DNA of 64,000 nucleotides from Bispira polyomma (Eukaryota): NCBI GenBank assembly GCA_965649765.1, contig OZ287748.1, positions 68,944,001 to 69,008,000 of the forward strand, read 5' to 3'. Shown piece by piece: positions 36,319 to 48,390 of this stretch (position 1 is its first letter; each line of letters starts with the position of its first letter). The notes under the pieces were generated by a model. It saw only the letters and a program-made list of their open reading frames with translations, ran no database searches and was not told where the DNA came from. The position numbers and the translations under genes were made by a program.

Positions 36319-39300
36319 ATGACTTTGACCTTAAGTGCCATACTTTGTGGGGTTCTCTCTCTGGCCCTGGTTCAGAGTTGTAAGTATATATCTAATGATT
36401 TACTTTGTAAGTGCTAATTTTATCTAACATGACAAGCTTGTGTCGCTAATTCTGATTGGTTCAAATGTATGATAAACTCTAGGACTACAATGTAGTAATA
36501 GTCAAGACCATTTGTTGCCTTGGTGTTTCTTTCATTTAGCTTAAAGTAATCGTCCCCGTGGTCTAGTAGTTAGGGTGTTGGTCTGATGATCAGAAGGTCC
36601 TGGGTTCTATTCCTGGTAAACCGCTAGTTTCATTTGTTAAGATAACATCATTTGCCACGATGTGAACACAAGTTTACCTGGTGGCTTAGATGACAACATT
36701 TAAAATAGTGGTCCTTTGACACAGAGTACTATCTCCAAGTGGCAAATTAAATATCCTTTTTGGTGACGTTGATAAATGGTCATCTTCAAGCAACCCATAG
36801 TGGCTGCCCATGAGGACTGCGCATTTAAAATGACCGTACGTTGTATAAGTGCGGCACTGTGACAAATCTAATAATTCATTTTATAGTTCTCAATAGCAAT
36901 ACCATAACATTTGTAATTTGTTAGAATAAGAATAACCCATTTTAAAATCAGGGATATATACAGGGAATTTGAATATAGCTAGATGACTATATATTAAACG
37001 AATATAACCTTCATATATGTGCTATCTATTGATATGGGATATGTTGTATTTTTGGGACAATAAATTTGGTAAACTTGGTCTGTAAAAAGAATTCGTAAAG
37101 ATGTGAATATAAATTGTGTTCCAAATCAATTCATTTAATAAAAATGAATAAAATCTACAAATTAAGTGAGAATAACTAGATCTTTCTGGAGGGTTGAGCG
37201 CAACATACTTTTGTAATGGACAGATAAACTATCCGAGCTGAAAAGAGAACTGGAAGCAGAAATAGAAGTGCTTAATGACCAGATTGGTAATCATGTCAAC
37301 AATGAGCAATCCCTGCGTAGTGGCCCGGAAGACAATTGCATGCCATATGACGTCAATGAGTACCCTTACCCTACAAACCACCTAGCCTGTATTAAGGCCA
37401 GAACAGACTGTCCAGATGGCAAGGTTAGGATGAACCTGTGTGGTCCGGAGGAAGGGAAATTTAAACTCAGGGTCAAACCAAACAACAACGATGAGAGCTG
37501 CTACAATGCTCTGGATGAGGCGAAAGTATGCAAAAATAAAGAGCGGGTATGTTATAAATTGTTGTTACTATTATTATTTTTTTTTTTTTTGTAGGGGGGG
37601 GGGGGAGGGGGGCGCTTAAAGTGATTCACAATTCATGTAGGGTTGGGAGCTTGAAGTGATTCACAAGTCGTCACCATGAGTTAGTTGGGTTTCTTGCCTT
37701 CTGGCACCCAAGTATGCTGAGGATAAATTGCAGATAACACATAATTCAAAGTGGGCAAGTCAAAGAACTTTGAACAGTGGACAAGTCAAATAACTTACAA
37801 CATAAAGCAAGGCAGTGTATAAACTTCCTTAGGAACTCATCACCAAACAAATTTGATCAAGAAATTAAGTATTAAGGAAACATTTTCTTTTTAAATTAGG
37901 AAAACTTGGATTATACATTTCAAAAAGAATGTGTCAGAAATTGTTTGGATTGTGATATACCTCTAGCTCTAAATATAGAAACTCAGAAAGTCATACCAAT
38001 ATAAATATGATTATGGTGTATATATCTTCCTATGTTAGACATAAGTCGAAAGCTAGCAATAATAAAGTAAATTTTTTTATATTTAAAAAATAGTTTGGGT
38101 GTATTTCTAGGGTTGGTCATACAATTTATAGAATAAACATTTTTTTAGCAAATTTTTTTTGTGTAAGTTAATTTTTACAATACACAAATGTATTTACATC
38201 AGGCACGTCAATTCACTTGATGTTAAAATAGTTGTAGAATCGTCCACTTAGTATTTACATGTTGGAGTTGGTAAAATGTACTTTAGGTGACACTTAGATG
38301 TACAAGTAACTTTTGGTACAAGTTTATAGGTTATCAAAAGTAATGTGTAGACAACCCATAGTAGATACATACATTTACTATGCAATGATGTCCCAATTGA
38401 TGTGCAGTTGTATAAAAGATTCAACAAATTTATACATACAATATTGACCAGTGATAACAATTGTGTAGAACTTGCTGGTAGACTGGCTGTTTGTGGAAGT
38501 CATTCCAATGTGGAAAAAATATTAATGTAATTTCAAAGGAACTCAATTGTAGCTATAAATGTGCTCTTAAAGCATCTCCAGAATTTAAAAATATAAGTGA
38601 CAAACTTGATCACTCTCAGAATAATATAGATGATGAAATTATATGTGGAAATATTAGAGATCTCATTAATATTAAAGAGAGAAATCATACTAAGTTTAAT
38701 TGTACTGAGATTAGTTGTATGTGAGAATGTTTGTGACATCTTGAAGATTTGTATAAAATTTAATGTAATTGCCAAACTGTAAACAGTGTTTAATAACATT
38801 GTTCCTTGTCCTTGGTTGTGAAAACATTTATATATTTTTATTTGTAATATTATACCTTGTGTATGAATAAATAAATATACCTATATTTTACTATGCCCTT
38901 TAGTTTTGGGGTGAAAGGTCCATTCCAGAGTGTGAAAATATGGAGGATAAAAAAAATGCATTTCTGAACTTTCTCAATAAATCTGGACTTTCCAATTTCT
39001 TTCTGCAACACTTGGCATAACAGATTCCAGATTATTTGCAACTGTCACATAGTAGGTGGGTAACACACTCACTTGGGAACACAAAAGAGCTATGTGTCGA
39101 TATCCCAGCCGGTCAAGGTCATAATGTAAATTACCTACTTGAAGTACCAGATAAAGGTATATAAGTGTCAATTTGAATATAATTCTTACAGATTTGGCGT
39201 ACATGCAGGGGGTCTGTATTTACGAAAGTTCGTCTGAGACTTAACTTAGTCCGAAGCTTAACATTCATTTTGTAATATATTTCAGACTGTCTACTGTTAA

Positions 39301-41318
39301 GTCTCAGAGTAAAGTTAACACAAAGCAAACATCTTTTCCCAATGTTGCTGGAGCTAAGACCAAAATCGTAACATTTACGACCAAATTCAAAGACTACAAT
39401 CTTAACCGTCAGACTAAGTTAAGACTATGACCTATGTGTAAACGGCCCCTGGCCTCTCTACAGTTGTTTCAGTTTTGCTTTCACAGCAATGCTGGTCTCT
39501 CAACATACATTTCTTTTCTTTTTTACTACAGCCCCCACACTGCACTGGTGATGCCGCATTTGCCACATTTAGGGATGATGATAAGCTCATTATCTCACTA
39601 GAGGATGATACCCAAGTGATGAGTGTGAGGAAGGTCTGTGCCTACTCATTCACTGTGAATAATATCACAGTGTCCTATGTACTACAGGGACGTTCAGGCA
39701 CTCCACAATGTTGGGTAGGTTTTAGTTAAGATGTAAAACCAGCTTAATATTGCTTTGTGAGACACATGAAAACCAAGAAGATGAATATTTGTGAATACTA
39801 GCCCATGCCCTGTGTTCTACAAATAATAGCTTAACAACAGAATCAACTGCAATGAAGGCTATATAATCATTCACTCTAATATAGCTCTCAGCACTGAATT
39901 CATATGAGAAGTCAAATTTGGCGTAGTGTAACTCTAACCAGAGGTAAGAAGACTTTCAGTTTGCAGAGGGTGCGTTTGATTTATTAGGCTTGATATTTTT
40001 GGAGAATATAGCCAGAATAAATTATTTAGATGCACTAAATTTGAGGATGTGCAGTTAACGCCATAATAATATAGTAAAAGTTTGTGAATTGCCTTGGGTA
40101 GGTGTATAATTTGTGTAAAGTGGCCATAGCGTGTATTAATTATATATCATGTCATGACAATATACATAAGAAACAAAAAACACTAACTAATAATATTGTA
40201 AACCGTATATTTTTAAATCTTCATCGTTCAAAATAAACTCCATTTTGCAAACTTTTTAAGATATATTTTATATGTTTTGTGAAATGTACTGTAAATATCT
40301 TCTTGGCTCTGACAGCCCTTGGCTATGGGCCTAACGGACTAAAGACACTAAGAGGTTGGATATAGTATATCTCACATTCAAGATATTTTCTGATGTGCAG
40401 TTAATACTATATTAATACAATAATAGTTTGTCCATTATCTTATATATGTGTATAAGTTTTTGTAAAGTATAAATAGCATGTATTCTATATTAAATGTAAA
40501 AATAAGTGTTATGTCACAATATTAAATAGTATATGATATAAAGTGCCCCATAAGCCCAAGTTATGTTGAACTGGCTGTACAGTATTTCTGTTATTTTTTA
40601 TATATGTAATCAATGTACCCAATATTGAGAACTTGGTTGAACTATGTTTGCAGTGTTTTCACAATTGAATCTAATTTGCTAAAAAAACTATGGCCCAGTG
40701 GGTAAGTGGTTTGGGAATGTAATGAACTTAGGTGCCTTCCAACAATGCGGTAGCGGCCTTAGTGGAGTAGCCAGCAACAGACTCACCTCTCATATTGTGC
40801 AGTCGTGGGCTTGAATCTCAGCCCTGTTGGTTTTTTGTGGGAAACTTGTCATCATACCTACTGAAGGTCAGTTGTATGCATACCACCTACCCTGCATTCA
40901 ATTCTTTCCACTAATGCGCTGCTCTTTGGTATATGACACCAGAAGATGCGTGTTAAAAGCAACGTTCAACCCATACTAACCCACCATATGCATGGGGTTT
41001 CAGATATAGATAGAGCAAAGAAGTTGTATCCTGTCATTGTCTTATACTTTCATATAATGGAGGCTCTACTGTATATATATATACATGCTATGTATATATT
41101 GTTTTACATCTACACTGAAATATAAACATCTTCCGTAATTACCAATAATGTTAATGTGTCCTGTTTTTTAGTGGATACCTGTGGCAAATTCAGAAGGCTG
41201 GTTTAGTTATGGATGTACTAAAAATGACTGGGTTGAGGCCAACAAGATTGTTATCAGAATGGATCATGAAGCTCCCAGCTTCATGGCCAAAAATATTTAC
41301 GCTGAGATCTGTGTTTAA
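36319..41318 (+). CDS. Secreted cysteine-rich protein of unknown family, ~237 aa. Coding exons 36319-36379, 37224-37546, 39532-39714, 41172-41318
   Basis: Signal peptide MTLTLSAILCGVLSLALVQS; canonical splice sites with phases 1, 0, 0; open through ...KNIYAEICV*; all exons also present in copy 2. Confidence 0.85.
39147..39448. mobile_element. Probable MITE in intron (paralogous copy ~55291-55531)
   Basis: Inverted ends GGGGTCTGTATTTAC..GACTTAACTTAGTC / GACTAAGTTAAGAC..GTAAACGGCCCC. Confidence 0.6.
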
Positions 41319-44309
41319 AATGTATACAAAGGCTTTAAGTGTTAAACCAATAATATTTCTTCTGTTACTTATTTTTTCTGTTTCCCATTAGAACCCATTA
41401 TAACTGGCATCTAATTTATTGTGATTATCCATTAATCTTCCAATACTGTCTATGAATATGTTTGGTGTTGATTATGATGCCATAGGATTAAATGCAGCAC
41501 CCATTTCAACCCCAATATTTATGTAATACTTAAGCACTTGACTATTGAAGTATATCTTTGTGAAATGAATAAATCTGCACTGTGTTATACTATTTGTTTT
41601 ACTTTTTGGGTTTATTACGGCTGTCATGTCAAATTGTTTCCCCTGTCTTGAGCTTCAATAAAAATAGTTTAACTATTTAATTTGACACTTCAATTGCCCT
41701 TTTGGTACATGTCACCTTGTATTTAAGGCATATATCTGAGCTTGTATTAAAGTACATACATTGCTTGACCATGCATCATGATGACTCTGAAGAAATACGG
41801 TCCACAGAAAGCTATAAAATGATCCTCTACTATAACCAGGCAAAAAGTTAATATGTGCTACATATCAACATTTACACAGAGGGCCTTTTTGCATTACATT
41901 GCTGGTGCAAATCAGCGCTGGCTATTCAGTAAAGTCTCTACACATATACATCTATACATCGACACAAAGAGAGTATTATGAAAATATCAAATTATTCTTT
42001 GCAAAAGAGAAGGGCACTCTACTGTTCTGCAAATATTATAAGCCATCATTTATACCAGGACTATATTCAGCATATAACTGTTATAAACAATATTTATCCA
42101 GTGCAGTGAATCTGTATCTAGTAATGTTGTTATCGTCTCACCAGTGGCACACCTATCTGGCATTAGTGGCCATATGAAGGGTACAACACATGTATATAAA
42201 TAGCTGTACTTCCCCTATTCACATAAAAATAATGTCCCGATCCGAGACATTTTCTTGAATTTCATTCTCACACAAGGAAAGCTTCCCACTATCCTACAGC
42301 TATATTCCTAGCTGAAGATTTCAGTCTCTGATACAAGAAGTAGTTCAATATGTGTGAACATTATGAATGGTTCTCAGGAGGACTGAGGGGCCAAATTATA
42401 GTACACACTGAGAGATATCAATCAAGGGAGCAGGGCCTGGCTGTGTGGTTATGCAGTTGGTCCAGTGATTGAAGGGTCCCTGGTTCAACTCTTGGTAACA
42501 GCACTGGGTAATAACATATTACCTTTTTTAACTGTTTTAGTTAGAGGGCACACTGTAGTTTGGGATCATTTCAATACACATTAAATATTTTGTATCAAAG
42601 TCAGACTAGACGAAAATGCTTTTGATTTTCTACAGATTGCATCCTTAGATATAAATTTGAATTTCGTTTGGTTTTTCGTCACTTTTAACAGCTTAGGTCA
42701 TATCACGAGAGCAGATTTAATGATAGAAGAAATTCAGTGCTGAAGCATTGTAAACTACAGCAAGCTATGACAAGTACCCTGACAAACTTCCCCATACAAA
42801 AGGAACAAATGGGGATTCAATCCCACATAGGTTATAGACCAGTGATCTTTAGCAAGGGTGCTTCTAACTACTATACCACCGCGCCCACTGTAATTACCGT
42901 TTGTACATACTGCCCCACAATCTCACACATAATTTCAAAGAGCTAAAATTCAAACTGTCCCAGCCCACAAAATCCGACCTATGGAAATCACCTGACCAAC
43001 TTAATCACACAAAGGAACAAACATGGATTCAACTTGTCTATTACCTCTTCTGCAAACTCACCAAAGATACTTAAAAAATATAGAAAATGCATTTAAGACT
43101 TGGAGAGTTTGTATGCAAAACTTTTCGAATGTATATTCAGGAACACATGGGAAATGCTTACCATTTGTGGTTAATGATCTTCCTGTTGAGTTCAAAGTTC
43201 TAAAAGGATTTGGTAAGTTTATTAATTATGTCGTGGAAAGTACCAATAATACAATACAATTCTGTAAAATGTTAATTCTAAATGGCAGTGATTCACATGT
43301 TTGCACTACCCCCTCTCTTGTCAGAAGACAAGGACAATGAATGGGATCTAATAAGTTTATTCTATACTACTTAGTATATTCACAGCATTGTATGTAATCA
43401 ATTGACTAAAGTAGGTGCAACTACTTTAAATGTAATATGCTTTTAATAGCATAACTTATCAACTGTTTAAACATTACAAAAGTCATTTATATTCATTACT
43501 GACGTAATTTTACAGTTTAAAACAGCTGGAATCAAGTAATTTTTTTTTAATTTGTCATGTCAGAATAGGAATAACCCATGACAAAGCATTATATATATTT
43601 GATATACGATTGTAGGCATAGTAACACAAAGGAATATGATCAACTTCCCTGGTTTTCCTTACTTAACACATTGTATATGCATTTATCATCAGGCCCAAAC
43701 ACACACGCCCCACCACAATCCCCGAAACTATGCTCTTAGTTGAAGTTAAAAGTTACTCTTTTAAATGGAAATTTGAACAACCATTAGATCAAGATGTAGC
43801 TGTTATGCAGCTTATTTGTGTTGATACTGAAGCAAGTGATTCTGTTTGGAGATAATTTGTTTACAATTTTCATTTAAAAATAAGTTTACAAATATACATA
43901 GAATTTCAAGATTTACCCACCATTTGAGAAAATTCCACATCAATCCATTGTGGCTGGCAGATTTAAATTTTCGCTTGACCTTTCCCCTTTCTGCATTACC
44001 CTAGGACATTCAGTCTCGGATGTATAGAGAGTGATAATTTATTTAACTAAGTGTCACCTGCACAAAGGACACCATCACATTACAATAATAAAAAATACAA
44101 CTATTTGACACAGTGGACATGACTTTTATCTTGACTTAGCCCATATAACCTGGGCTTATGAGGCACTTTGTTCTCCAATGGTGATATGTCGCACCATGAT
44201 ATAAATGTTTAATATCAGATCAAATTTTTGATTACATTAAATTTTAGTAAAGGTATTATCCTCTACATAAATGTATTATTATAAATGTATTATTTCAAAA
44301 ACATGATAG

Positions 44310-44790
44310 ACAGCCATGTGTACAAAATACAGAGAGGTGCATGGCAAAAAAACACATGTACAAAATGCATACATGTGCATGGCATACATTAACATTGTCA
44401 AACCATGTACAGGCATGTGGCAGACAGGAATCTGTACAAAGTGCAGACAGGGACATGGCATACACCAACATGTAAAAAACACATACAATCATGTGGCATG
44501 GGCAAGCCGTACAAAACACAGATATGTACAAGAGTACAAAACACTTAGTTTTGTGATAACCACATGTACAAAACGCATCCAGGTACATGACATACAGCAA
44601 CATGTACATAAAACAGATTGGTATACGTGGTAAACAGCAACTCATACAAAAGACATACAGTTACATGACATACAGCAAGATGTACATACTACGTACAGGT
44701 ACATGGGATACAGTAACAAGTACAAAAAACACTTATAGATACATAGTATACCACAGGATGTATAAAAGTAGGCAGGGCACAAAAATAAGA
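44310..44790. repeat. Degenerate minisatellite rich in CATGTACAAAA / ACATGGCATAC motifs
   Basis: Recurring motifs; the overlapping short ORFs are low-complexity. Confidence 0.7.
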
Positions 44791-45362
44791 TAAACATAGA
44801 CAATAAAGAAAGGTCAAATGAATCTTAAATAGTAGCATAGAATGACTACAGTATAACATACCACTGTAATTGACCTGAGGAAATACAAAAATAATGTACA
44901 TATCAAGAAAATTAATCAATTGTAGAACAAGTCAAGAAATACTTAACTATGTCCAGAAGTCAAATTTTACTTCATGTGTACTGGGCCCCAGAGTCCTTAT
45001 TCCAACCTATTGTTTTTCCCTGTTCATTATGATCTTTACAACATTAACACTGCAAAGTCTTTCAAGGGAACACCAGTTTCTATTTTCAGGCTTCAATTTT
45101 GGTTTTCAATTTTTGTTCTTTCACTTGTTGAAGAGGAGAGCTGTTTTGTGTAATTTACAGTAGTTTAATATTGTCACTTGTGTTTAGTTTTATACTTTAC
45201 GTTTTGATTTGTGTTGAATTTGTCACAAAACTTTGTGGTCAGTGTTATACAGTGGCTTCTGTTATACAGTAATAAACTTCAATATAAACATTTTAAAATG
45301 TCATTGGATGTGATAGTTATCCTTAATTTTGAAACTTTTAGAGAATTACAATTGTTTGTATA

Positions 45363-47750
45363 ATGATGATGACCAAGTTAAAAATTTGTAGTATAAATGT
45401 CAGAGGTATAATTGATAAAACAAAACGAAATGATCTTTTTAACTGGCTCAAACAAAAACATTTTTCGATATATTGTTTACAAGATATCCATGTAGGCCCT
45501 GGTAAAGAACTGCTATTAAAACAAGAGTGGGGTGGACAGGTCCTAACCAATGTGGTCACATCTGATTCCAGAGGAGTGGCTATATTGTTTGAAAATAAAA
45601 TTAATTTGAAAATGTCAGATGTTTGTAAAGATGATAATGGCAATGTTTTAATGGTTAAGATTGATAGAAAATACAATCACATTTTGGTAAGTAGTGATAT
45701 ACGGCCCAAATAGGGATTCTCCAGAATTCTATAATAATATTAATGTTTTACTACAAGATAAAACTAATGTTCCAGTTATATTGTGTGGAGACTGGAATTT
45801 TGTCCTAAATTTTGAAAAGATACTTTGGGATATAAAAAAGAAAATAATCCAAAGTCCAGGGAAAATTTACAAAATATTATAGATATTTATGAGCTTGTTG
45901 ACACATGGAGATCTGTGAATCCTAAAGCACAGTGTTATACATGAACAAGTGCCAAAAAAACCACTGCAAATGGCTAGATTAGACTATTTTTTTATATCAT
46001 CTGACATTCATTCTGAAATTAGTAAACATATTATATCTTTTGGATATAGAAGTGATCATTCGTTTGTAGAAATTGAAATTGATATGCAAGAGTTAACCAG
46101 AGGCAAAGGATTTAGGAAATTTAATGTGTCATTGTTATATGATCCAGATTATGTCAAACAAGTTAAAAATGAATTAAAAAATATAGAATTAGATTATTGC
46201 AAAACAGATGGTTACAATACATATATCTGTTCAAAACAAACGTTTTTTTATGTAATAAATTTACGGACAAGGGGAATAACAATTAGATATGCAGCCTTTA
46301 AAAAGAAAAATATTTTACGAAAGGAAAAAGATTTAGAGATTAAAATTACGACACTAGAAGGTAAGGTTGTGCAAAGAAACTATCCAGACCAAAATATTCA
46401 ACATGAAGATATGGTATGCCTTGAAAAATATAAGAAAGATTTAAAAGTAACTAGACAACCAAAATTACAAGCCTTAATGATGATATCAAAGGTGCAAATT
46501 TATGAGTATAATGAAAAGCCATTGAATTATTTATGTAATTTGGAGAAACGGTTGTTATGGACAGTGTAAATGAAGCCTTTGAAAAGAACGAGTTATCTAT
46601 AACTCAGAAACAGACTAACTGCAGATGATCATTACTTTAGTGCCTAAACCAGGTAAATCAAGACTATCAAGAGTTGGCGTCCCATTACATTAGTTAATGT
46701 TGACTATAAGCTTATATCAGATGTACTTGCTTTGCGAATGAAAGAAATTCTACTCAAAATTATAAGTAACGCTCAAAAAGGCTTCTTGAAAAATTGATAT
46801 ATTGGCTTACTTTTGCTCATAGATTTTGAAAAAGCCTTTGACTCTCTAAAATGGGCTTACATCAGAAAAGTTCTGTATGCATATAAGTTTGGACAACATT
46901 TTATAAAATGGTATAACCTTCTATATAAATATTCTTGTAGCTGTGTTGTTAATAATGGCTTCTTCTCTGAATTTTTTAATTTACACAGCGGGTGTCGACA
47001 ATAGGATCTGCTTAGCCCGTATTTGTACTAGCTATAGAACCACTCTCTTTAGAGATTAAGCAAAACAAATCCATAAAAGCTGTTAATGTGGGCAATATAA
47101 TAAGCAAGATAGGCGATAGGTCACTATACAGATGACACCTTCCTTCTGTTAGATAAAAGTGAATCCTCACTACAGGAAGCTATTCAAACTGAGATTTTAA
47201 TTGCGCTCGGGTCTAAAAATAAATGTAGATAAAACACAATGTGTATGACTTGGTAATAACACAGCTGCAACAACAATGAGTGGGGATTACAACTTAGTAT
47301 GGACAGAACATTTTAATCTTCTTGGAATTAAGTTTGATAGAAATTTGAATAAAATGGTTGAAATTAGTTTTAAAGATGCTATCACTAAGATCGAAAAACT
47401 TTTATTTTGGTATAAGAAATATCATTTGTCCCTCATTGGAAAAATCACTGTTATCAAAACACATGTTCTTCCCAAATTAGTTTATCCATTCACTGTTCTT
47501 CCAGCTCCCTCAGAAGATATATTTCAAAACTTGGAAAAAATTATAAAAAATTTTATTCGGAAGGATAATGTCCGCATATCAACATCGCAACTAGAGAAAA
47601 CAGTCTAACAGGGTGGGTTAAAATAACCTAATATTAGGGTTTTTCATCGTCCATTGAAATTATTATGGATAAAGAAATAAAAAGAGTCTGAGGGCACATG
47701 GCAACACTTATTTGAACACACTGTTGCTGGTATGACAAAAAAAGAGAAAA
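45363..47750 (+). mobile_element. Decayed L1/Tx1-clade LINE ORF2 (APE endonuclease + RT), fragmented and 3'-truncated
   Basis: SINVRG, CLQD, SRGVAIL, IYGPN, CGDWN, RLDYF, SDH (APE); WRPITL.NVDYK, LIDFEKAFDS, GCRQ*DLLSP (RT); multiple stops and frameshifts. Confidence 0.92.
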
Positions 47751-47814
47751 AGAATCAATTATAGAACAAGTCAAGAAATACTTAACTATGCCAATCCAAA
47801 TCCAAATGGTAATC

Positions 47815-48390
47815 CATGCAGAATAATGTGGTCTCATCCTCAAGTATATTTGTAGGCACAAACATATAACAGATACAGAATAATGTGGTCTCATCCTCAA
47901 GTATATTTGTAGGCACAAACATATAACAGATACAGAATAATGTGGTCTCATCCTCAAGTATAATTGTATGCACAAAAATATAACAGATGCAGAATAATGT
48001 GCCCTCATCCTCAAGTATATTTGTATGCACAAACATATAACAGGTACTGAATAATGTGGCCTCATCCTTATGTATAATTGTATGCACAAAAAATATAACA
48101 GATGCAGAATATTGTGACCTCAAGTATAATTGTAGGCACTAACAGATACAGAATAATGTGGTCTGATCCTGAAGTATAATTGTAGGCACAAAAATATAAC
48201 ATATGCAGAATAATGTGACCTCATCTTCAAGTATAATTGTATGCACACAAATATAACAAATGCAGAATAATGTGACCTCAAGTATAATTGTAGGCACAAA
48301 CAGATACAGAATAATGTGGTCTCATCCGCAAGTGTAATTGTAGGCACAAACATATAACAGATACGGAATAATGTGGTCTCATCCTCAAAC
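47815..48390. repeat. 57-bp minisatellite, ~10 units
   Basis: CAGAATAATGTGG recurs at 47819, 47876, 47933 and onward. Confidence 0.92.

Larger units (their letters stand above)
34781..42620 (+). repeat. Segmental duplication, copy 1 (copy 2 at 50770-58580 plus 63718-~63950)
   Basis: Colinear similarity from GTCCAAACTTAATGCTGAT onward, including exons, introns, SINEs and MITEs. Confidence 0.92.
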
